Shown here one piece after another: positions 32,329 through 41,564 of a stretch of 64,000 nt of DNA; the stretch's first letter is position 1; each line of letters starts with the position of its first letter. Under the pieces are notes generated by a model. The model saw nothing but the letters and a program-made list of their open reading frames with translations. It was not told the origin of the DNA and did not search any database. The position numbers and the translations under genes were made by a program. This stretch comes from Candidatus Xenobia bacterium (GTDB taxonomy: Bacteria; Vulcanimicrobiota; Xenobia; Xenobiales; QWHO01): assembly GCA_045863235.1 (NCBI GenBank), contig BTUM01000014.1:1-64000 (forward strand), in the 5' to 3' direction.

Positions 32329-33471
32329 CGGCTTGAGCACGATGGGAGGGACTTCGGCCGTCAGCGGATCACCCTTGAGAGGGATCTCCTTGAGATGCTC
32401 CTCGCGATAACCTGGCATGCTGGCGGTGATCTCCACCCGAGCCGGCAGGCGAGAGCTCTGGAAGTTCATTTCGACCTGAAAATCGCCCTCCTGGCTGAGC
32501 TTGAGCTGCTCGCCCTGGCGGGTTACATCCAGAGGGATCTGGGGCAGGTGGATGGTCAGCCGTGCGTCTCGTGGGGCTCCGCTGACATCCCCGAGGCGCA
32601 GACGGCCCCGCACCAGCACTTTGACGTCGTGTAACTTGAGCTGAGCCGTCTGAGATGTGCTCGAGGGCGAGTTGGACCGGCTCTGATAGACCCAGACCAC
32701 CAGGCCCACCAGGATCAGAGCCCCGATGGCCAGGAAACGCCAGGATGAAGTCGGGGTGTGGGTCGGGTAGGAGCGACGAGGCTCGGGGGCCGTTCGCGGC
32801 CCTGACCCGGCATCTCTGCCCGGCCGGGAAAGGGAACCCGAGGGCGGACCAGCAGCCTCCCGGCCCGGCGGGGGCCGAGAAGAGACGCCCGAGGGAGAGC
32901 CAGCGGCCTCCCGGCCCGGTGGCGGCCGAGAAGAGACGCCCGAGGGCGGGCCAGAGGCCTCCCTGCCTGGCTGCGGCCGAGACAAGGCGCCCGAGGGCGG
33001 GCCAGCACCCGGCCGAGAGGAGACGCCCGAGGGCGGGCCGGCTCCCGGCCGAGAAGAGACGCCCGATGGCGGGCCACCGGCCTGTGGCGGCCGAGAAGAG
33101 ACGCCCGAGGGCGGGCCACCGGCCTCCCTGCCCGGCGGTCGAGAGAAGGTGCCCGAAGGCGGCCCCGACGCGGAGGGCCTGGTAGGCTTCAGCGCCTCCT
33201 CCAGAGCCTGATCGAGCTGCGGTCGGGCCGACTTGGACCCGGGATCGGGTGCGGGGGGAGACTTCTTCTCGAAGACCTCGCTGAAGTCCACCATGGCGGG
33301 CGGCCGTGGAAGAGGCTGGGCGGGAGCAGCCGGGTCGGCCGGTGCCAGAGTCTCGATCTTCCAGCCAGCGGCCACCAGGTCCTCGCGGGCCAGGCGATGG
33401 TCGAGCGCCTCCAGAACTCCGGTCTTGAGCCCACCGTGTTGGTCACGAAGTCGGTAGGAGAACTTGGGCAC
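32323..33471 (-). CDS. Membrane-anchored protein with a PilC/GspF-like N-terminal beta module and a Pro/Ser/Gly repeat linker
   Basis: GTG start 'PKFSYRLRDQHGGLKTGVLEALDHRLAREDL', then tandem repeats, one TM helix and a C-terminal beta domain. Confidence 0.65.
   Translation of the reverse strand: MPKFSYRLRDQHGGLKTGVLEALDHRLAREDLVAAGWKIETLAPADPAAPAQPLPRPPAMVDFSEVFEKKSPPAPDPGSKSARPQLDQALEEALKPTRPSASGPPSGTFSRPPGREAGGPPSGVSSRPPQAGGPPSGVSSRPGAGPPSGVSSRPGAGPPSGALSRPQPGREASGPPSGVSSRPPPGREAAGSPSGVSSRPPPGREAAGPPSGSLSRPGRDAGSGPRTAPEPRRSYPTHTPTSSWRFLAIGALILVGLVVWVYQSRSNSPSSTSQTAQLKLHDVKVLVRGRLRLGDVSGAPRDARLTIHLPQIPLDVTRQGEQLKLSQEGDFQVEMNFQSSRLPARVEITASMPGYREEHLKEIPLKGDPLTAEVPPIVLKPR
32825..33170 (-). 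repeat. Intragenic tandem repeat encoding about eight 'GPPSG(V)SSRP' units
   Basis: Recurrent 'ggccgagaagagacgcccgagggcgggcc' on the + strand, with variable spacers. Confidence 0.9.
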
Positions 33472-33506
33472 GTCGGCTGATTCTTCGTGGAGGAGAAGGA
33501 GCAGTC

Positions 33507-34841
33507 CTATGGATGCCAGAGGATGCTGATCACGAAGAGGATCGCCATCACCCAGGTGGTGGCCATGATCTCCCGGACCCGCCCGGTGCAGATCTTCAAG
33601 ATCACGTAGCTCAGGATCCCCCAGATCAAGCCGTGGGCGATGCTGAAGGTGAACGGCATCATGACCATGGTCAAGAAAGCGGGCAGGGCCTCGGTCATGT
33701 CCTCCAGGTCCAGGTCGCGGATCGGCTCGAGCATGAGGAAACCGACCAGGATGAGAATGGGAGCGGTCGCCGCGGCGGGGATCACGGAGGCCAGGGGCGA
33801 GAGCACGGTGGCTGCCAGGAAGCACAGACCGGTGCACACCGCCGCCAGGCCGGTGCGCCCCCCTTCGGCGATGCCCGTAGCGCTCTCGATGTAGACCGTG
33901 GTGGTGGAGGTGCCCACGGCCGATCCGAACACGATCGAGCTGGCATCGGCCACCAGGGCCCGGGAAAGCCCGGGGAAGGTCTGGCGCTCGCGGTCGATCC
34001 AGCCCAGCTTGGTGGTCAGACCGACCAGGGTGCCGGCGGTATCGAAGATGGACACGAACGTGAAGGTGAACACGATGAAGAGAAGGCCGCGATTCCAGGC
34101 TCCCGAGAGATCCAGCTGGAAGGCCACCTTGCCCAGCACCTGCGGATCAGGCCAGGCGAACAGCCTTCCGTCCGCGGGTAAGTTGGCCACGTGGCCCTCT
34201 CCACTGGGAACGAGCAGGGCCACCAGGGTGGCCGCCATGATCCCCAGAAAGAGCGCCCCTTTGACCTTGCGGGCCAGCAGAAAGGCGGTCAGCAAGAGTC
34301 CGAAGATGGCCACCAGCGCCGTGGGCGAGGTCAGGCTGGCCATGGTCACCAGCGTGGCCGGGTGGGGCACGACGATGCCGGCGTTCTTCAGCCCGATGAA
34401 GGCGACGAACATGCCGATCCCGACCGAAGTGGCCACCTTGATGTTGAACGGGATCTCCTTGAAGATGCGCTCGCGGATCGGCAGGAAGCTGAGCACCAGA
34501 AAGATGCAGCCGTCGATCAGGGTGGCTCCCAGGGCCTGTTGCCAGGTGAGACCGAGTTGCTTGACGGCGGTGTAGGTGAAGAGGGCGTTCATCCCCATGC
34601 CGGGGGCCAGGCCGAAGGGCAGGTTGGCCAGCAACCCCATCAAGATCGAGCCGAAGGCGCAGGCCAGGGCCGTGGCCATCAAGAGCGCCTGTCGGTCCAT
34701 CCCGGCGTCGCCGAGCACGGCCGGGTTGACGAACAGAATGTAAGACATCGTGATGAAGGTGGTCAGCCCGGCCAGGACCTCGATGCGGGCGCTCGAGCCC
34801 CGCTCGCTCACCTTGAAGGTGCGCTCCAGCCACGCGTTCAC
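33507..34841 (-). CDS. AzgA/PbuG-type NCS2 purine permease
   Basis: 'GLTTFITMSYILFVNP', 'LAPGMGMNA' and 'YIESATGIAEGGRTGL'. Confidence 0.93.
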   Translation of the reverse strand: MNAWLERTFKVSERGSSARIEVLAGLTTFITMSYILFVNPAVLGDAGMDRQALLMATALACAFGSILMGLLANLPFGLAPGMGMNALFTYTAVKQLGLTWQQALGATLIDGCIFLVLSFLPIRERIFKEIPFNIKVATSVGIGMFVAFIGLKNAGIVVPHPATLVTMASLTSPTALVAIFGLLLTAFLLARKVKGALFLGIMAATLVALLVPSGEGHVANLPADGRLFAWPDPQVLGKVAFQLDLSGAWNRGLLFIVFTFTFVSIFDTAGTLVGLTTKLGWIDRERQTFPGLSRALVADASSIVFGSAVGTSTTTVYIESATGIAEGGRTGLAAVCTGLCFLAATVLSPLASVIPAAATAPILILVGFLMLEPIRDLDLEDMTEALPAFLTMVMMPFTFSIAHGLIWGILSYVILKICTGRVREIMATTWVMAILFVISILWHP

Positions 34842-35662
34842 GCGGGGCGGCTCCGCAAGGTCAGGTGGCTCAGCTCCGGGGGGCAGCCCAGCCGGATGGG
34901 CGGGGATACCACCCCCAGCCCCACGTTGGTGTAAACCTGGGTGCCGCTCGCCAGGCGGTAGAGACCCATAGGATACTTGCGTCCGTGGGGAGGCAGCACC
35001 ACCGGGCCCAGCAGGGGCAGACGGACCTGTCCCCCGTGGGAGTGCCCGCTGAGCTGGAGCGGCACCCCGAAGCTGGCGGCCAGATCGGCGAAATCAGGCT
35101 CGTGGGCCAGCAGCAACCGGAACTGGTCGGCTGGAACATCCCTCAAGGCCAGAGCCAGATCGGGCCGACCGGCCCAGCAGTCGTCCACCCCCACCACCCA
35201 GAAGGCTGCCCCGCGGTGGCGCAGTTGCACGGCCCGATTGATCAGCAACTGGATGCCGTGGCGGGCAAAGCCACGCGCCAGGGGCTCTCGACCTCGCACC
35301 CACAGGTCGTGGTTGCCCAGCACCGCGTAGACGCCCAGAGGCGCTCGCAGCTCGCTGACCAGGGCCACCAGGCTGGGAGCATAGCTGGCCGACACGCTGA
35401 GAAAGTCGCCCGTGAGCACGATCATGTCGGCGCCCAAATTCCGGGCCGCCTCCAGGCCGTTGCGCAGCAGCGCCTCGGGCACCCAGGGTCCGCGATGCAG
35501 GTCGGACAACTGGGCGATGGTGATACCGTCGAGCTCGGGCGGCAGGCTGTCGAGCTCGATGGTGACGCGCCGTGTCTCGAGCCACCAGGGCTCCAGGGTC
35601 ACCCGGGCCAGGCCCAGGCCGGCCGCGGCCGCTCCCAGCTTGAAGAAGTTGCGCCGTTTCAT
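34838..35662 (-). CDS. Metallophosphoesterase (YkuE/YaeI-like) with a Tat-like signal
   Basis: 'MKRRNFFK' twin-arginine motif; DLH, GD, GNHD, H and GHSHGGQ calcineurin-like motifs. Confidence 0.92.
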   Translation of the reverse strand: MKRRNFFKLGAAAAGLGLARVTLEPWWLETRRVTIELDSLPPELDGITIAQLSDLHRGPWVPEALLRNGLEAARNLGADMIVLTGDFLSVSASYAPSLVALVSELRAPLGVYAVLGNHDLWVRGREPLARGFARHGIQLLINRAVQLRHRGAAFWVVGVDDCWAGRPDLALALRDVPADQFRLLLAHEPDFADLAASFGVPLQLSGHSHGGQVRLPLLGPVVLPPHGRKYPMGLYRLASGTQVYTNVGLGVVSPPIRLGCPPELSHLTLRSRPA

Positions 35663-36402
35663 GCCCCGAGCACCTGGCAAGCGATCCGGTAGTCGGCCTC
35701 TTCGTCGATGTCCACGGCCACCTCGGGATAGGACATCAGGATTCCTACCATCCGGGTGTGGAAGCGCCTGGACAGCGCGGCCGTGAACTGCTCCAGGCCC
35801 AGCTTGTGAAAGTAGTGCACTCCCAGCACGTAAGTCAGCCCCAGCTTGAGCCCCAGCGCCAGGGCCGAGCCCACCGGGCTGGTCCGGTTTCGATAGATGT
35901 TGTTGACCCGCTCCATGGCGAGCCGGTTCTGGAGCAATGAAGGGCGTACCAGAGCCAGGTTGCCGTGACAGACCGAGCCGTCGGAGAAGTGGCTGAAGTG
36001 CTTGCGCGTGGTGGCGAAAACGCCCGTGAAGCGCTCTCGGGGCACCAGGGCGAGATAGAAGTCGCCACCAGGCCTGGCCCGGCACAGGGTCAGGAACTGC
36101 TCCACCATCACCGCCCGAAGCAGCGGCTGGTCGGCGGGGGCGATCAGCACGTACTCCTCCTCGGGAAAGGCCAGCAGGGCCGCCTCGAAGCTCTGCAGGG
36201 GCTGATCCCCACCGGGCACACTTCGGTAGCCCGGGAGGGCCAGCTCACCGACGATGGCGATCTCGTCCATCCCGGACAGGGCCTCGAGCACGTAGTCGAT
36301 CAGCCGGCGCCCCCCGATCTCGAGGGTCGCCTTGGGCCCTGGCTGGTAACCGGGATAAAGAGACCGGGTATTGATCCCTCCGGCCAGGACGATGGCCCGC
36401 AT
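35659..36402 (-). CDS. Nucleotidyltransferase family protein (MobA-like NTP transferase)
   Basis: 'AIVLAGG', 'PKATLEIGGR', 'ADQPLL' and 'VDIDEEAD'. Confidence 0.85.
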   Translation of the reverse strand: MRAIVLAGGINTRSLYPGYQPGPKATLEIGGRRLIDYVLEALSGMDEIAIVGELALPGYRSVPGGDQPLQSFEAALLAFPEEEYVLIAPADQPLLRAVMVEQFLTLCRARPGGDFYLALVPRERFTGVFATTRKHFSHFSDGSVCHGNLALVRPSLLQNRLAMERVNNIYRNRTSPVGSALALGLKLGLTYVLGVHYFHKLGLEQFTAALSRRFHTRMVGILMSYPEVAVDIDEEADYRIACQVLGA

Positions 36403-37004
36403 CAGCGCAGGTTGGCCTTCAGCTCCAAGGCAATGGCCTTCAGGTCGGCCGCAATCATGGCGGCATCGGCCCGATCCACGCCGCTGGAAACCAGGATCGC
36501 CTGGGCCGAGGCGATGACCGCCTGCAACTCGGATGGAGGGATGTTGGCGCTGTTGAGCACGGCGTTGATGTCGTTCATGAGCTGGTACATCTCCTTCTGG
36601 GAGATGGTCGAGTCCACCATGGCCTCGCTGAGATGGTTGGCCAGCGTTTGCACGCTCTGCTGGGAAGGTCTCGTGGTCCCCTCGGCCAGGGTCATCAGGT
36701 CAGAGGCCAGTTGCTGCTTCTGGGCCGGGGTGACCTGCGAGCCCGCTTTCAGGGCCATCAGGTCGCTCTGCAGCTTGGCCACGTTCTGCTGCTGGGTGGC
36801 CGACATCTCGGGGCGCTTGAGCTCGCCGGCCGTCGGGCGGGCGGTTGGGGTAGCCGTGGGGCGAGTCGTGGGCATCGCCGTGGGAGTCGTCGTGGGACGA
36901 GCCGTAGGGGTCGTCGCAGGGCGGTCGGGGCGGTCGGGACGATCCGGTCGCGCCCACGCCAGGCCCGCCAGGATCAGGCAGATCATCAGCACCCATCGCA
37001 GCAT
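36402..37004 (-). CDS. Secreted protein with a Thr/Pro-rich linker and helical domain
   Basis: Signal peptide, RPD and TTPT repeats, then a helical C-terminus. Confidence 0.75.
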   Translation of the reverse strand: MLRWVLMICLILAGLAWARPDRPDRPDRPATTPTARPTTTPTAMPTTRPTATPTARPTAGELKRPEMSATQQQNVAKLQSDLMALKAGSQVTPAQKQQLASDLMTLAEGTTRPSQQSVQTLANHLSEAMVDSTISQKEMYQLMNDINAVLNSANIPPSELQAVIASAQAILVSSGVDRADAAMIAADLKAIALELKANLR

Positions 37005-37203
37005 GACCTGGGGTTCGCAAACCCTCGGGCGGGCTCCTCTGGCGTGCGGCGCAAATGACTTCGCGCTCAATTCTCAACCGGGTTGAGCTTCACCCACAAC
37101 ACCTTGGAAGCTGTTCGTGGCACCGTCCATGCGCGAAGTTGGAGGGAGCGGAACCAGCCCGGCTCGAAGGCGCTCACGACCCCAGCGACAGGAGGCACAT
37201 GCC

Positions 37204-38646
37204 ATGGCGGAGACAGCCTTGAAGCACCACCAGATGTTCATCGACGGCCAGTGGGCCGACTCGGCAGGAGGCGCCAGCGAGGAGGTCCTCAACCCGGCCA
37301 CCGAGCAGGGCCTGGCCCAGGTTTTCAAGGGCACCTCCCAGGACGTGGAGCGGGCCGTCCAGGCCGCCGGCAAGGCCTTCGAGAAATGGTCCCAGTTCAC
37401 CCCGGCCGACCGGGCCACGGCCCTCTTGAAGCTGGCCGACCGGATCGACGAGCACGCCGAGGAGCTGGCCCAGCTCGAATCGGCCAACGTGGGCAAGCCG
37501 ATCAGCTACTCCCGGGGCGAAGTGCCCTTCATGAGCGACAACCTGCGCTTTTTTGCGGGAGCCGCCAGGCTGATGGAAGGGCGGGCCGCGGGCGAGTACA
37601 TGGCCGACCACACCAGCTGGATCCGCCGCGAGCCGGTGGGCGTGGTGGCCTCCATCGCCCCCTGGAACTATCCCCTGATGATGGCCGTTTGGAAGATCGC
37701 GCCCGCCCTGGCGGCCGGGAACACGGTGGTGCTCAAACCGTCCGAGCAGACCCCCCTGACCACCCTGCGCCTGGCCGAGCTGGCCGCCGACCTCTTCCCC
37801 CCGGGCGTGCTCAACGTGATCACGGGCCACGGCGACGTGGGGGCGGCCATGGTGGCCCATCCTCGGGTGGCCATGGTGTCGTTGACCGGGGATACCTCCA
37901 CCGGCAAGAAGGTGGCCCGGGCCGCGGCCGACAACCTCAAGCGGGTCCACCTCGAGCTGGGCGGCAAGGCCCCGGTGCTGGTCTTCGATGACGCCGACCT
38001 CGAGTATGTAGCCGGCACCCTGCGCACGGCCGGTTTCTACAACACCGGGCAAGACTGCACCGCGGCCACTCGCATCTACGCCTCGGGCAAGGTCTACGAC
38101 AAGCTGCTCGAACAGTTGATTCCCAAAGTGTCCACCTTGAAGGTCGGGGACGTTGGCTCGGAAGACTCCGAGATGGGTCCGCTCATCTCGCGCTCCCAGC
38201 AAGAGCGCGTGAATGGCTTTGTGGAGCGGGCCCGAGAGCAAAAGCACGTGGATGTTCTGCTGGGTGGCAGCATTCCCGACGGGCGCGGCTACTACTTCCA
38301 GCCGACCATCCTGGGCGGAGTGGAGCAAAAGGACGAGGTCGTGCAGCGGGAGATCTTCGGGCCCGTGCTGACGGTGACCCGCTTTGCCTCCGACGAGGAA
38401 GCCATCGCCCATGCCAACGATACCGATTACGGCCTGGCCTCCTCGGTCTGGACGCGGGACGTCAACCGGGCCTTGCGGGCCTCGAGAGCCCTTCGCTTTG
38501 GATGCGTGTGGATCAACACCCACATGTCGCTGGTCAGCGAGATGCCTCACGGCGGCTTCAAGCAGTCCGGCTACGGCAAGGACCTCTCGATGTACGGGCT
38601 GGAAGATTACACCGTCGTCAAGCACGTGATGGCGCGGTTCGGCTGA
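37204..38646 (+). CDS. patD: Gamma-aminobutyraldehyde dehydrogenase (PatD/Prr-like ALDH)
   Basis: RBS AGGAGG; PWNYP, LELGGK, catalytic GQDCTAATR, '[25 protein letters not shown]'. Confidence 0.88.
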   Translation: MAETALKHHQMFIDGQWADSAGGASEEVLNPATEQGLAQVFKGTSQDVERAVQAAGKAFEKWSQFTPADRATALLKLADRIDEHAEELAQLESANVGKPISYSRGEVPFMSDNLRFFAGAARLMEGRAAGEYMADHTSWIRREPVGVVASIAPWNYPLMMAVWKIAPALAAGNTVVLKPSEQTPLTTLRLAELAADLFPPGVLNVITGHGDVGAAMVAHPRVAMVSLTGDTSTGKKVARAAADNLKRVHLELGGKAPVLVFDDADLEYVAGTLRTAGFYNTGQDCTAATRIYASGKVYDKLLEQLIPKVSTLKVGDVGSEDSEMGPLISRSQQERVNGFVERAREQKHVDVLLGGSIPDGRGYYFQPTILGGVEQKDEVVQREIFGPVLTVTRFASDEEAIAHANDTDYGLASSVWTRDVNRALRASRALRFGCVWINTHMSLVSEMPHGGFKQSGYGKDLSMYGLEDYTVVKHVMARFG

Positions 38647-39959
38647 TGGGCGCCATCTCGCTCAGGACCGAGGTGCCGGGGCCGGTCAGCCGGGCACTCT
38701 ACGAAAGGCTGCAGGCGGCCACTCCCCGCTCGGTGGGGCACACCACCCCGATCGCAGTGGCCCACGCCGAGGGCGCCCGCATCACCGACGTGGACGGGAA
38801 CGTGCTGCTCGACTTCGGAGGCGGCATCGGCGTGGTCAATGTAGGCCACCGGGCCAAGCGCGTGGTGGCCGCCCTGCACGATCAGGCCGACCGCTACCTG
38901 CACCAATGCTTTCAGGTCATGGTGTACGAGCCTTACATCGAGCTGTGTGAGCGGCTCAACCGCCTCACCCCCGGCTCGTTCGCCAAGAAGAGCGTGCTCT
39001 TCAACAGCGGGGCCGAGGCCGTCGAGAACGCGGTCAAGGTCGCCCGCTCAGCCACCGGTCGACGGGCCGTGCTGGCCTTCGACCGCGCCTTCCACGGGCG
39101 AACGCTGCTGGCCCTGGGACTGACCGGCCAGGTCCAGCCCTACAAGGCCGGCTTCGGGCCTTTCCCGGCCGACATCGTGCGCTTGCCAGTCCCCTATTGC
39201 TATCGCTGCCCCCACCAGCGCACTCCGTGCTGTCAACTCGAGCTCTCCGCCCTGGAAGACCTGGTCCGCTCCCACGTGGCGCCGGACGAGGTAGCGGCCC
39301 TGATCGTGGAGCCGGTGCTGGGCGAGGGGGGATTCATCGTGCCGCCCGAGGGCTATTTGACCAACCTGCAAGCCTTCTGTCGCAAGCACGGCATCGTGTT
39401 CATCGCCGACGAGGTGCAGAGCGGCTTCGGGCGCACCGGTCGCTGGTTTGCCTCCGAGCACTTCGGAATCGAGCCCGATCTGGTCACCATGGCCAAGTCG
39501 CTGGCCGGAGGCACGGTGCTGAGCGCGGTCACCGGGCGCGCCGAACTGCTGGACGCGCCCGGCCCGGGCGGCCTGGGAGGCACCTACGGGGGCTCACCGA
39601 TGGCCTGCCGGGCGGCCCTGGCCACCCTGGCCACCCTGGAGCAGGACGGGCTGCTGCCGCGAGCCGAGGAGATCGGCCGCCGCCTCGTCGAGCGGGGACG
39701 CACCTGGCAGCAACGCTTTCCCTTCATCGGAGAGGTGCGCGGGCTGGGGGCCATGGTGGCCCTGGAGCTGGTGGAGGCCGACAAGGCCCCGGCCAGCGAC
39801 CGTGCCGCCCGGGTGCTCAAGCGCTGCTACGAGCGAGGGCTGATCCTCCTCAAAGCGGGGGCCGGCGCCAACGTGCTGCGCTTCTTGATGCCGCTCTCCA
39901 TCGCATGGGAGGAACTCGATGAGGGCCTGGATGTGCTCGAGGCCGTGCTCAGCGAATGA
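38646..39959 (+). CDS. gabT: 4-aminobutyrate aminotransferase (class III)
   Basis: 'DFGGGIGV', 'NSGAEAVENA', 'DEVQSGFGRTG', PLP lysine 'AKS' and 'GGTYGG'. Coupled to the ALDH by TGATG. Confidence 0.88.
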   Translation: MGAISLRTEVPGPVSRALYERLQAATPRSVGHTTPIAVAHAEGARITDVDGNVLLDFGGGIGVVNVGHRAKRVVAALHDQADRYLHQCFQVMVYEPYIELCERLNRLTPGSFAKKSVLFNSGAEAVENAVKVARSATGRRAVLAFDRAFHGRTLLALGLTGQVQPYKAGFGPFPADIVRLPVPYCYRCPHQRTPCCQLELSALEDLVRSHVAPDEVAALIVEPVLGEGGFIVPPEGYLTNLQAFCRKHGIVFIADEVQSGFGRTGRWFASEHFGIEPDLVTMAKSLAGGTVLSAVTGRAELLDAPGPGGLGGTYGGSPMACRAALATLATLEQDGLLPRAEEIGRRLVERGRTWQQRFPFIGEVRGLGAMVALELVEADKAPASDRAARVLKRCYERGLILLKAGAGANVLRFLMPLSIAWEELDEGLDVLEAVLSE

Positions 39960-40584
39960 AGTAGGGCCCCGGTTGCAGCACCGGCCGCACGATGGGCGGA
40001 CTGACCGTGTTGAAGACCGGGTAGCCGGTGATGGCCGGTGGACCGCTGGGCAGGCCGGGCATGAAGCCTGGATAGGTGTTGGGATAGACCGCCCGCACCC
40101 CGGGCACCACCCGGGCCCCGGCCGGGTAGAATGGGCCATAGTTGTTGCAGTTGCCATACCAGGGCTGGCCATAGCCGTAACCCCAACCCCAGTAGGGTGC
40201 GGTTGGCAGCACCGTGGAGGCGAAGGCTCCCCCGCCCCCGCCCGGGCTCATGGTCTTGTTGGGACCAGGAGAGTACGTCTGGCTGTAAGTTTGCACGCGC
40301 TGCACAGGCTGGCGAGCGGTCTCCATCGGCTGGGGGGCGTAATTTTGCATCACCGGCTGGGCGGAGGGAGCCGGGCTGGAGTACTCTACGTTCGACTGGC
40401 CCAGATCGTATTCTTTGAAGGCTGGCTGTCGCTTCAGGGGCCGCTTCTTCTTGGGCCGGAAGTCCTTGATGACGATGGTCTTGTTGCCCTGAGCATCGGT
40501 GCGGGTCTGGGTCACGAGGCCCTTCTCGGCCCAGGCGCCCGCGCTCAAGGTGCAGATCATGAGGGCGGTCACGAAGCGCTTCAT
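39949..40584 (-). CDS. Secreted Pro/Tyr/Gly-rich hypothetical protein
   Basis: Signal peptide; start overlaps the rluD stop. Confidence 0.7.
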   Translation of the reverse strand: MKRFVTALMICTLSAGAWAEKGLVTQTRTDAQGNKTIVIKDFRPKKKRPLKRQPAFKEYDLGQSNVEYSSPAPSAQPVMQNYAPQPMETARQPVQRVQTYSQTYSPGPNKTMSPGGGGGAFASTVLPTAPYWGWGYGYGQPWYGNCNNYGPFYPAGARVVPGVRAVYPNTYPGFMPGLPSGPPAITGYPVFNTVSPPIVRPVLQPGPYFIR

Positions 40585-41564
40585 GCTGATAGTGTACTAC
40601 TTCCGTAGCGAAGTCGCAACTCTTGAACGATCTCCTCCAGCACCGCCGGCATGGGGGCCGTAAAATCGAGCGTCTGGCCGGTGATCGGGTGCTGCAGCTC
40701 CAACCGACAGCAGTGGAGCGCCTGGCCTTCCAGTCCGAATGGATTGGGCCGCTTGCCGTAGGTCGGGTCGCCGACCAGGGGATGGCCCAGCCAGGTCAGG
40801 TGGACCCGGATCTGGTGGGTTCGTCCCGTGTGCAGATGGCACTCCAGCAACGCATACTGGCTGGCGAAGCTTTCCTTGACGTCATAATCGGTGCGCGCGT
40901 CGCGCCCGCCGGCCACCACCGCCATGCGCTTACGGTCAATGCGATGACGGGCGATCGGCTGCTCGATCCGTCCCCGCGCAGGGGAAGGAGCCCCGTGCAC
41001 CAGGGCCTGGTAGACTTTGATCACGCTGCGATCCTGAAACTGCTGCTGGAGGCGAAAGTGGGCCTGGTCGTGCTTGGCGACGACCATCAGACCCGAGGTG
41101 TTCTTGTCCAGGCGGTGCACGATGCCCGGCCGCTCCACACCCCGAATGCCAGACAAATCGCGGCAGTGGGCCAGCAAAGCGTTGACCAGGGTGCCGCCGG
41201 GGGCCCCCGAGCCGGGATGGACGGTGAGTCCCCGCTGCTTGTTGAGCACCAGGATGTGCCCGTCCTCGTACACGATGTCGAGCGGGATGCCCTCTTCTGG
41301 CTCGGGCTCGGCCGGGACCGTGGGAGGAATCTCCACCAGCACCTGCCAGCCGGCCTTGAGCCGGGTGGAGGACCTGGGATGCTGATTGGCCAGAATCACG
41401 CGGCCCGACTCGATCCAATCTTGAATCTGCGAGCGCGAGCACTCCAGCCGGCTCACCAGAAAGTGATCCAGCCGCGCGCCGACGTCCTCGGGCCCGACCT
41501 GGAAGCTGCACACGCTGGGCTCGGGCTTGATGTCCTCAGGGCGGGTGAAGAAATCGTCCGTCAT
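40581..41564 (-). CDS. rluD: RluA/RluD family pseudouridine synthase
   Basis: S4 domain 'RLDHFL', 'HRLDKNTSG' and 'TGRTHQIRVH'. Confidence 0.93.
   Translation of the reverse strand: MTDDFFTRPEDIKPEPSVCSFQVGPEDVGARLDHFLVSRLECSRSQIQDWIESGRVILANQHPRSSTRLKAGWQVLVEIPPTVPAEPEPEEGIPLDIVYEDGHILVLNKQRGLTVHPGSGAPGGTLVNALLAHCRDLSGIRGVERPGIVHRLDKNTSGLMVVAKHDQAHFRLQQQFQDRSVIKVYQALVHGAPSPARGRIEQPIARHRIDRKRMAVVAGGRDARTDYDVKESFASQYALLECHLHTGRTHQIRVHLTWLGHPLVGDPTYGKRPNPFGLEGQALHCCRLELQHPITGQTLDFTAPMPAVLEEIVQELRLRYGSSTLSA

Noticed and set aside
32825..33170. Possible CRISPR array
   Set aside because: The repeats are in-frame coding units with short, related spacers, and no cas genes are present.
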